DNA of 64,000 bases from an uncultured Gammaproteobacteria bacterium (GTDB taxonomy: Bacteria; Pseudomonadota; Gammaproteobacteria; Xanthomonadales; Xanthomonadaceae), in the NCBI GenBank assembly GCA_963816945.1, contig CAWFMH010000002.1, positions 18,500-82,499 of the forward strand, in the 5' to 3' direction. A program made the translations under genes and the position numbers. Shown here piece by piece: positions 6,536-19,533 of this stretch; position 1 is the stretch's first letter, and every line of letters begins with the position of its first letter. The notes under the pieces are model-generated. The model saw only the letters and a list, made by a program, of their open reading frames with translations. It ran no database searches and had not been told where the DNA came from.

Positions 6536-9500
6536 ATGGGAACTCCGGTAAATACTCCATCGCCCCCGCTGGCTCACCCTTTTACGCTATCAAGACACTT
6601 TCCAGAACTTCCGGATCGCGCGATCGACCGCGATCACATCCTAGAGACAGTGGCTCAAGTAGCGACACCAGATTCGCCCGTAGTTTTTATCGAAGGCGCA
6701 GAAGGGATCGGAGCAAGTACTTTCTTGGCTCAATTCGCCATGAAGTACCCAGACCAGACCTTTTGTCTCTTCGTAAGGCCCGCGAGCCGCTTCTCATACA
6801 GTCCTGATTACCTACGCCTGGTGCTTGCAGAACAATACTTTTGGTACGTCCACGGGCGTCGGCTCGACAAGGAGTTCGTAGATATAAGCGAGTTCACGAG
6901 TTTGCAATTGCAAGTGAGAAAACGTAATCGCTCCGGCACTATTTACATAGTTGTCGATGGATTGCACCAAATACCGAAAGAGGATGTAAGAGCGGTCGAC
7001 TTGGTTTTCAAAGAGGTGCTTCCTGTCGGCGTAGATGGATTCAGATTTATCGTAACCGGCGCCCAGGACGCGTCTTCCAAGCATCTCGGCTCGGTCAGAT
7101 CTAAGCCATACCAACTTCATCGACTCTCCGATACTGAGAGTGAGAGTTTGTTGGACGACTTACGTATCGCAAGTGAAGAAACTTCTCAACTAGTCAAACT
7201 TTGTCAGGGTGTCCCGGGCAGACTTAGCTCCGTTCGCCGACTCATCAAGAGCGGCGTGAGCGCAGCTTCGATCCTTCAGTCAGATCCGGACAAGTACCTA
7301 AAGTTCATAGGGCTCGAATTCTCGCCGATTGCAACGATGAGTGATCCCCAGCGGGTACTTCTTGCGCTGCTGGCCTTCAGCCGCCACACAATGAATATGG
7401 ACGAACTGGTTCAAATACACCCAAATGCGACGCTGACCGACCTCAGCTCGGTTTGCACTGAATGCGTCTTTCTGAATGCCGATTTCAAGTCCAGAACAAT
7501 TGAGTTCCTGTCAGAAGCGCATCGCCGTTACGCAGAACATGCCCTAGACCTTTACAAACAGCGAGCGCTCACACTTCAAATCGAGCATCTCATTACCGAT
7601 CCAACGAGTGCAGCGGCGGTGCGCCTACTGCCGACATACTATCAATCTCTAAATCAACAACAGGCTATTGTTGATCTACTTTCAAAGGAACATTATTCAC
7701 AACTGCTTGGGGTTACCCAATCGATATCTGCACTGCGGGCTCGCGCATCACTGGGTGCCAGAAGCGCGATGGAGTTAAAGCAAGCAAAGGCTATTCTTCA
7801 ATTTGCCTTGCACAAGAGCATCTTCTCCGCAGTTGGAAAATCAGAAGAGCTGCAGTCCGAAGTCGGCGCTCTTGTTGCACTAGGCCATCCTCAACGCGCC
7901 TTGGATATTGCCTCGAAAACGGTGGCAAGGGAGAAGCGCATATTCCTCTTGGCCGAGTTTGCACGCCGAACAAGTGAACAGGGCTCGACGGTTGACCCGC
8001 AAATTCTGTCATACATCAGGGAAACGGCAGCGGAAATAGACTTTTCAGAGCTTGGGGAATCTGCCGTTGATCTTGCGGAGAACTTGCTATTTGTGGATCC
8101 AGACCTCGCATTGAAGATTGTAGATATCGCAATCAAAGCTGAGGCTGGCCCTAAGGCTAAAGATGAAGCTTTCGCAAAGCTTTCAGTCGCAGCAACTCTC
8201 AGCAGCAACACTGACAGAGATGATCTAAACGCAAAGTCACAATCAAAAATCTCCAGCGAGTCTCTGCAGAAGCTTTTGGCTTCTCTCAGCCTGATCTTCG
8301 CTGACTTTTCGTTCGACGAGATTGTGCGGACATCAAATACGATGGCCATTGGCAGGCGCATCTATTTCCTGCGGAGTCTGGTTGCCGTAAGCGGAAAACG
8401 CGAAAACATACTCGACGTCATTGACCATACTCTGGACCAGTTGATCGGTGATACTTCATACACACCCAAGGCGAGAGACCTTGCAGACTTAGCCATTCCA
8501 ATTTCGGCGCCAACTCACGACCCACAGCGAATTCAGAACTTAGTTCGGCGACTAGAGGGCCAAATTGGATTGATCGAGAAGGGCGCACCTTCTCGCGACC
8601 TGATATTGCTGCAGATGCGCTTGGCGCACGCTGAGATGTCCATTGACATGGCGCAAGCTCAGAGCCGGATTGAGGAGACTTACTACAGCGTCGCGTCCAT
8701 GGATAACAACGAGATTAGATCTCTTTGTTTTTCAACAATGTCGCGAGGTCTGACGGAAATCGACGTCAATGACGAATTGGAGTCTGCTGCAGGTTTCAGA
8801 GAGATTATTTTGGGAGATCTTAAGGCAACAGTCGAAGGCTTGCTTTCACAAACGGGCAATCACTTTCAGATAGCACGTCCAGCCCTGCGAGCTCTTGCCG
8901 CATCTAACCCGGCGGACGCCGTTGCATTTGTCAGCAAATTGAATACGGAAGATCGAAGGGATCGCGCGTACGCGGAGGTAGCTAAGGCAATAGTCAAGGG
9001 TCGGCACAGTGTCGCCGGCGCATCGTCGATGCATACAGCCCTGTCCATGATTGAAGACACGGACACTTTCAATAGCGCGATTTTAAGACTTGTCGGCGCG
9101 CTTTCATTGTCTGCCCATGCCAGCGAATGGCTGTCTGATGTAAAGCGCGCCGTGTCGCGAGCCAAAGATCCTAGAGTCGTCTGTTCTTCTGAGATAGAGC
9201 TGGTAAAGCTTCTTGGGAAGCTTGGACTTGTCGATGACATCGAAGATCGCGTTGTCATCTTCGAAAGCTGTATCGACCAAGTCGACTCAGCTTATGACCG
9301 CGTCGACATGTGTTTCGAGCTGGCCGCAGCATTGGCGCCTGCGGCGATAGGTCGAGCGTCAGATATCTATGACCGAGGCCTCAAACTGAGACACGCTACT
9401 TCCGTGCCAGGGCAGTCTTCTGCAGTTGTTCTGCGAACTTGTCTGGCATTGCTGTCGCGCGTTTTTAGGCCGCTCATCAAGGTTGATGCATTGCCACAAG

Positions 9501-11458
9501 AGAATCTAGATCGGTTCTTTCAGATTGGGGATCAGATCCCGTGCACTGTCACAAAGGCATCCATGTATTCAGATCTTGCCTGTAAGGCTTGGTGTGAAGG
9601 GAAGGGCGATCTCTGTCAGAAGATCATGAACCAGCGGTGCCTTCCACTCCTTCAATCTTCGGAGCAGGACAACCCAACGCTGTATGCAGACCTGAGCGAA
9701 GCCATATTTCCCGGTCTGTATTGCGCGCATCGAACCACAGCGTTCAACCTATTAGACAAAATGGGCCGTAGTTCGCGCGATCATGCAATTCGAATAACAG
9801 CGTTGATGGTGCTCAGAAAATCGGCACCATCTGAGCCCCGCAGTACCGTGGAGGACGACAGGGTAAAGATCACTGGCCAAGATTTAGTAGATCTAAGTGA
9901 ACTCTTAGGTAAGGTTTCGACCGATGCAGTGTTCTATAACATTCTCCGCGAAGTCGTTACTGTAACCGTGCACAAGATCAATCGGACCCGAATAAGCGGA
10001 CAACAACGGGCTGATTTTACGAAAAAAACAGAGGCAATGATCGCTCAAAAGTTGCCAGATAGCCGCAACATTCGACATTCTGGATACGTAATTATTTGTA
10101 GCGCTCAAACGTTGCGGCTAGTCGATGCAAAGTTTGAACAGTGGCAGGCCATCATTGCGGATGCCGAGACCGTTACGAACGTATCAGATAGATGCTTCGT
10201 CTTCGTTGAGATTGCGGGTTGCCTGCCCCCTAGGCTGCTTGCCGAGCAGAAGAAACTTCTGCAACGGGCCCGCCAAGATATTTCGACCATCCCTTCAGCT
10301 TCCGATCGATATGACTGCCTTGAAGAGTACATTCGCATGGCTCGAAAGGTCGCGCCAGCCGAGGCGAAATCTGCACTCAAAGACGCGCTGATTTTGACTT
10401 TCGACGCATCTCGACCGGAGAAGGCAGCCCGTTATAGGCGAAATCTGGTTGATATTGCCGAGGCGATGGACCCTAGCGTTCTCGACGAACTTGCTGAAAC
10501 GATTGACGACGACCCCGCTAGGGCTGAAGCGAAGGCCGAATTGAAGCGCTCGGTCGAAGTGCACAAACTGAAACGGAAGATTTCTTCTGCAGGTGACAAG
10601 GTCGACCCTTCTCAACTGACGAACAAGTCGCTGCCATCGGCAGCATGGAAGAACGTTGGGGCATTGGTGTCTGACAGACTGGAGCCTAGATCGCCTGACC
10701 TGCTTTCCGTCTATGTTGATGCCGCTGGCTCTTTCTCAATGAGCGACGCATATCCTGTGCTCTGTTGGTACATTGAGAACTCGGCGAGGCGGTATACATC
10801 TCATCATGATGTGAGCACGTTGATTCTTCCGCTAAGCGAAGTGCTGCTTCTCTCGACGGAGATTGCAGCTGCAGTAATAGCTCAAGCACCGGTGCTGGAC
10901 TTTGAGCGAACGGACGATGAACCTCCGAGCATCTCGAGCAATCCAGCTCTTGTTATAAGGCCCGGCGAGAGGGACGTGGCCATCGAATTCATACGCAGAT
11001 GGCTTCGGCATAGCGCGAGCGACCCAGTAGTCTTTTGCGACCCTTATTTTAACCAGGGGGATATGGAGCTTGTTAGGTTGGTTCTAGCCGAATGTTCGGA
11101 TTCTTCACTACGGATTCTTACAAGCAGAAAGGCTGTTTCCGGAGGAAAGGACTTTAGTGCTGAGGCGTTCATGTCTGAGTGGAACGAAATCATCGAACAA
11201 GACCCTCCTCAAACCGAAATTCTCGCCATAACCAGTTTCGGCGGAGAGGAAGTGATCGTTCACGATCGCTGGCTGCTCGGAAGTGAATGTGGCCTACGCA
11301 TTGGCACTTCATTCAATTCGCTTGGAAGCAAACTTTCAGAGATCTCCCATATGCCCAAGGACGAGGCCATACGAGTCCGCAAGGAAATTGATCTTTATTT
11401 TTGTCGTCAAAGAGTTGTTAACGGAGTTCGCGTAAACTACCAGTCGATAAGCTTATAG
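6536..11458 (+). CDS. 1,640-aa STAND/NACHT-like NTPase, helical repeat body and C-terminal PLD-like (H-D-R) domain protein; function unknown
   Basis: Uninterrupted 4.9-kb ORF in a ~50% GC segment, with an AT-rich upstream region and a strong terminator downstream. Motifs: 'GAEGIGAST' (Walker A position, Lys->Ala), 'IYIVVDGLHQ' (Walker B), 'FRFIVTGAQD', 'HDRWLLGSECGLRIGTSFNSLG' (HKD-like). The CDS call is secure; the domain calls are by eye. Confidence 0.9.
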   Translation: MGTPVNTPSPPLAHPFTLSRHFPELPDRAIDRDHILETVAQVATPDSPVVFIEGAEGIGASTFLAQFAMKYPDQTFCLFVRPASRFSYSPDYLRLVLAEQYFWYVHGRRLDKEFVDISEFTSLQLQVRKRNRSGTIYIVVDGLHQIPKEDVRAVDLVFKEVLPVGVDGFRFIVTGAQDASSKHLGSVRSKPYQLHRLSDTESESLLDDLRIASEETSQLVKLCQGVPGRLSSVRRLIKSGVSAASILQSDPDKYLKFIGLEFSPIATMSDPQRVLLALLAFSRHTMNMDELVQIHPNATLTDLSSVCTECVFLNADFKSRTIEFLSEAHRRYAEHALDLYKQRALTLQIEHLITDPTSAAAVRLLPTYYQSLNQQQAIVDLLSKEHYSQLLGVTQSISALRARASLGARSAMELKQAKAILQFALHKSIFSAVGKSEELQSEVGALVALGHPQRALDIASKTVAREKRIFLLAEFARRTSEQGSTVDPQILSYIRETAAEIDFSELGESAVDLAENLLFVDPDLALKIVDIAIKAEAGPKAKDEAFAKLSVAATLSSNTDRDDLNAKSQSKISSESLQKLLASLSLIFADFSFDEIVRTSNTMAIGRRIYFLRSLVAVSGKRENILDVIDHTLDQLIGDTSYTPKARDLADLAIPISAPTHDPQRIQNLVRRLEGQIGLIEKGAPSRDLILLQMRLAHAEMSIDMAQAQSRIEETYYSVASMDNNEIRSLCFSTMSRGLTEIDVNDELESAAGFREIILGDLKATVEGLLSQTGNHFQIARPALRALAASNPADAVAFVSKLNTEDRRDRAYAEVAKAIVKGRHSVAGASSMHTALSMIEDTDTFNSAILRLVGALSLSAHASEWLSDVKRAVSRAKDPRVVCSSEIELVKLLGKLGLVDDIEDRVVIFESCIDQVDSAYDRVDMCFELAAALAPAAIGRASDIYDRGLKLRHATSVPGQSSAVVLRTCLALLSRVFRPLIKVDALPQENLDRFFQIGDQIPCTVTKASMYSDLACKAWCEGKGDLCQKIMNQRCLPLLQSSEQDNPTLYADLSEAIFPGLYCAHRTTAFNLLDKMGRSSRDHAIRITALMVLRKSAPSEPRSTVEDDRVKITGQDLVDLSELLGKVSTDAVFYNILREVVTVTVHKINRTRISGQQRADFTKKTEAMIAQKLPDSRNIRHSGYVIICSAQTLRLVDAKFEQWQAIIADAETVTNVSDRCFVFVEIAGCLPPRLLAEQKKLLQRARQDISTIPSASDRYDCLEEYIRMARKVAPAEAKSALKDALILTFDASRPEKAARYRRNLVDIAEAMDPSVLDELAETIDDDPARAEAKAELKRSVEVHKLKRKISSAGDKVDPSQLTNKSLPSAAWKNVGALVSDRLEPRSPDLLSVYVDAAGSFSMSDAYPVLCWYIENSARRYTSHHDVSTLILPLSEVLLLSTEIAAAVIAQAPVLDFERTDDEPPSISSNPALVIRPGERDVAIEFIRRWLRHSASDPVVFCDPYFNQGDMELVRLVLAECSDSSLRILTSRKAVSGGKDFSAEAFMSEWNEIIEQDPPQTEILAITSFGGEEVIVHDRWLLGSECGLRIGTSFNSLGSKLSEISHMPKDEAIRVRKEIDLYFCRQRVVNGVRVNYQSISL

Positions 11459-11573
11459 GTGCGGAAAGCGCGGGGACTGATCGAAACCTGCAATCTACGG
11501 CTTCAGACTGTCACCGGGTTTGTTTCTCCACGTAAGATCTGTATGGGGTCAGATTGCCTTGATCTCGGCTTCT

Positions 11574-11605
11574 AAAAAAAAAGCGGCCAATGGCCGCTCT
11601 TTTTT
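11574..11605. terminator. bidirectional rho-independent terminator
   Basis: A9 run (11574-11582), GC hairpin 'gcggcc-aat-ggccgc' (11583-11597), then T6 (11600-11605). It lies between the convergent 1,640-aa gene (+) and aceE (-). Confidence 0.8.
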
Positions 11606-11619
11606 GCCTGCACTCTCGA

Positions 11620-14409
11620 TCAAACCCCAACCGGATTCGGCTTCTCCACATCGATCTTGTACTGCTTGATCGCCCGCGCCACATCCTTCCCCGTCATCTT
11701 CCCTTCCGCCGCCAGCGCCGCGATCGCGGCGTGTGCGATGTAGTAGCGATCGACTTCGAAATGCCGCCGCAAATTGGCGCGCGTGTCGCTGCGGCCGAAG
11801 CCGTCGGTGCCGAGGACGGTGTAGGGCATCGGCATGAAGGCGCGGATCTGGTCGGCGTAGGCGCGGACGTAATCGGTTGCGGCGATGGCCGGGCCCTGGC
11901 GGGATTCGAGCAGTTGCGTGACGTAGGCCTTGCGTGGGGTGGCTTCGGGGTTCATGCGGTTGTGGCGTTCGACGTCGAAGCCGTCGCGGCGCAGTTCGGT
12001 GAAGCTGGGGCAGCTCCAGACGTCGGCGGTGACGCCGAAGTCCTTGTCGAGCAAGTCGGCCGCGGCGATGACTTCGCGGAGGATGGTGCCGGAGCCCAGG
12101 AGTTGGACGTGGGGGGTGCGGGATTTCTTGTTGTTGGGAGCCGGGCCCCCACCCTCGCCGGCTTTGCCGGCTTGACCTCCCCCGCGCGCGGGGGAGGTTT
12201 TGCTGCTCGCGGCTTCGCCGCTTGCATTTCCGGCAGCGGTTGAAGACAGCAGGTACATGCCCTTGATGACGCCCTCGGCTGCGCCTTCGGGCAGGTCGGG
12301 GTGGGTGTAGTTTTCGTTCATCAGGGTGAGGTAGTAGTACTCATCCTGTTGCTCGTCGAGCATGCGGTGCATGCCGTGTTGCAGGATCACGGCGACTTCG
12401 CCGGCGAAGGTCGGGTCGTAGGCGCGGCAGTTGGGGATGGCGCCGGCGAGCAGGTGGCTGTGGCCGTCTTCGTGCTGCAGGCCTTCGCCGTTGAGCGTGG
12501 TGCGGCCCGCCGTTGCGCCGAGCAGGAAGCCGCGCGCGCGCATGTCGGCGGCTTGCCAGGCGCTGTCGCCGATGCGCTGGAAGCCGAACATCGAATAGAA
12601 GATGTAGAACGGCAGCATCGGCAGATCATTGGTGCTGTAGCTGGTGGCCGCGGCCATCCACGACGAGAACGCGCCGGCTTCGGTGATGCCTTCCTCGAGC
12701 ACCTGGCCCGCGGCGTCTTCGCGGTAGTACATGAGCTGGTCGCGGTCGACCGGCTTGTACTTCTGGCCGTGCGGGGCGTAGATGCCGAGCTGGCGGAACA
12801 TGCCTTCCATGCCGAAGGTGCGAGCTTCATCGGCAACGATGGGCACGCAGCGCGGGCCGACTTCCTTGTCGCGCAGGACGATGCTCAGGGACTGCACGAA
12901 GGCCATCGTGGTGCTGATCTCGCGATCGCCGCTGGACTTGAGCAGGCGGTCGAAGACTTCGAGCTTGGGCGCGGTGAAGGTCTGCGTGCTCTTGCGGCGG
13001 CGCTGCGGCAGGAAGCCGCCGAGCGCGTTGCGGCGCTCGAGCAGGTATTCGACTTCCTCGGACTTCGGGCCGGGGTTGTAGAACGGCACGGCGCCGTCCT
13101 TGAGCTGGTCGTCGCCGATCGGGATCTTGAAGCGGTCGCGGAACGCGAGCACGGCTTCGTCGTCGAGCTTCTTGGTCTGGTGGGTCGGGTTGAGCGCTTC
13201 GCCGGCGCTGCCCATGCCGTAGCCCTTGACCGTCTTGGCGAGGATCACGGTCGGCAGGCCCTTGGTGTCGACGGCGTTCTGGTAGGCGGCGAAGACCTTG
13301 TGCGGATCGTGGCCGCCGCGGTTGAGGCGCCAGATGTCGTCGTCGCTCATGTTGGCGACCATCGCCAGCGTCTCCGGATACTTGCCGAAGAAGTTGTCGC
13401 GCGTGTACTTGCCGCCGAAGGCCTTGCAGTTCTGGTATTCGCCGTCGACGGTTTCCATCATCAGCTGGCGCAGCTTGCCGGTGCTGTCCTTGGCCAGCAG
13501 CGGATCCCAGTAGCTGCCCCAGATGGTCTTGACGACGTTCCAGCCGGCGCCGCGGAAGGCGCCTTCGAGTTCCTGGATGATCTTGCCGTTGCCGCGGACC
13601 GGGCCGTCGAGGCGCTGCAGGTTGCAGTTGACGACGAACACCAGGTTGTCGAGGCCTTCGCGGCCGGCGACCGAGATCGCGCCGAGCGATTCGGGCTCGT
13701 CGGTCTCGCCGTCGCCGAGGAAGGCCCAGACCTTGCGGTCGGTCTTCGGCATCAGGCCGCGGCCTTCGAGGTATTTCCAGTTGCGCGCCTGGTAGATGGC
13801 GGCGATGGGGCCGAGGCCCATCGACACGGTCGGCGTCTGCCAGTAGTCGGGCATCAGCCACGGATGCGGATAGGAGCTGACGCCGCGGCCGTCGACTTCC
13901 ATGCGGAAGTGGTCGAGCTGCGATTCGCTGATGCGGCCTTCGAGGAAGGAACGCGCGTAGATGCCGGGCGAGCTGTGGCCCTGCACGTAGAGCAGGTCAC
14001 CCGGGTGCGCCTCGCTCGGCGCGCGCCAGAAGTGGTTGAAGCCGACGTCGTAGAGGGTGGCGGACGATGCAAAGCTGGCGATGTGGCCGCCGAGGTCGCC
14101 GGGCTTGCGGTTGGCGCGCACGACCATCGCCATCGCGTTCCAGCGGATGATCGAGCGGATGCGCCATTCCATCTTGGCGTCGCCGGGCATCTTCGGCTCG
14201 AGGTGCGCGGGGATGGTGTTGATGTATTCGGTGGTCGGCGCGAACGGCAGGTGCGCGCCGGCGCGGCGGGTCAGTTCGACCATGCCCGAGAGCAGCTGGT
14301 GGGCGCGCTCGGGACCGTCGTGGTCGATGACGGCCTTGATCGACTCGATCCATTCCTGCGATTCGGTCGGGTCGGGGTCGTTCTGCAGCAGTTCGTTGAG
14401 CCAGTTCAT
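11620..14409 (-). CDS. aceE: pyruvate dehydrogenase E1 component (homodimeric type)
   Basis: 929-aa ORF collinear with AceE from 'MNWLNELLQNDPDPTESQEWIESI' to '...VQLLGSGTILREV...'. It carries a ~34-aa low-complexity insertion relative to E. coli AceE (see findings). Confidence 0.95.
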   Translation of the reverse strand: MNWLNELLQNDPDPTESQEWIESIKAVIDHDGPERAHQLLSGMVELTRRAGAHLPFAPTTEYINTIPAHLEPKMPGDAKMEWRIRSIIRWNAMAMVVRANRKPGDLGGHIASFASSATLYDVGFNHFWRAPSEAHPGDLLYVQGHSSPGIYARSFLEGRISESQLDHFRMEVDGRGVSSYPHPWLMPDYWQTPTVSMGLGPIAAIYQARNWKYLEGRGLMPKTDRKVWAFLGDGETDEPESLGAISVAGREGLDNLVFVVNCNLQRLDGPVRGNGKIIQELEGAFRGAGWNVVKTIWGSYWDPLLAKDSTGKLRQLMMETVDGEYQNCKAFGGKYTRDNFFGKYPETLAMVANMSDDDIWRLNRGGHDPHKVFAAYQNAVDTKGLPTVILAKTVKGYGMGSAGEALNPTHQTKKLDDEAVLAFRDRFKIPIGDDQLKDGAVPFYNPGPKSEEVEYLLERRNALGGFLPQRRRKSTQTFTAPKLEVFDRLLKSSGDREISTTMAFVQSLSIVLRDKEVGPRCVPIVADEARTFGMEGMFRQLGIYAPHGQKYKPVDRDQLMYYREDAAGQVLEEGITEAGAFSSWMAAATSYSTNDLPMLPFYIFYSMFGFQRIGDSAWQAADMRARGFLLGATAGRTTLNGEGLQHEDGHSHLLAGAIPNCRAYDPTFAGEVAVILQHGMHRMLDEQQDEYYYLTLMNENYTHPDLPEGAAEGVIKGMYLLSSTAAGNASGEAASSKTSPARGGGQAGKAGEGGGPAPNNKKSRTPHVQLLGSGTILREVIAAADLLDKDFGVTADVWSCPSFTELRRDGFDVERHNRMNPEATPRKAYVTQLLESRQGPAIAATDYVRAYADQIRAFMPMPYTVLGTDGFGRSDTRANLRRHFEVDRYYIAHAAIAALAAEGKMTGKDVARAIKQYKIDVEKPNPVGV

Positions 14410-14724
14410 GCGTCTCGCGGCCCCGTGGCCGCGCCTCTTTGAATGGGGACAGGGAAGGGTTTCGATTCTAGCAGGGGGTCGGAGTCGGGCCGGCGCCGTG
14501 CGGTGGCCTGGAATGGTGCGTCGCAGGAACTGCGACTGGGTGCGTGCAGGGTGGCGCGTGCGCGCTGGAACATGCTCGTTGTAATGGGGGCGAAAGGCCC
14601 CAGTTCACGAGTTCAAAACAAATCGCCGAGACGGCCGCGCGCGCTACGCCGGCGGATCGCCACGGGCCCTCGTTCGGCCCGCCCTGTTCATCCTTCGACC
14701 CGCTCCCGCGGGAATACTGAGCCC

Positions 14725-19521
<4,797 letters not shown>

Positions 19522-19533
19522 ACCGGTGCCCGA

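Noticed and set aside
10022-10028. A7 homopolymer inside the giant gene as a possible phase-variation switch
   Set aside because: It is a single short tract ('acg aaa aaa aca' = TKKT) in a ~50% GC gene. It is too short and too unremarkable to argue for slipped-strand regulation without population data.
14443-14724. 94-codon N-terminal extension of lhr
   Set aside because: The extension has non-protein-like composition ('[31 protein letters not shown]') and starts inside the aceE-lhr divergent promoter region. The conserved Lhr N-terminus begins at the ATG at 14725.
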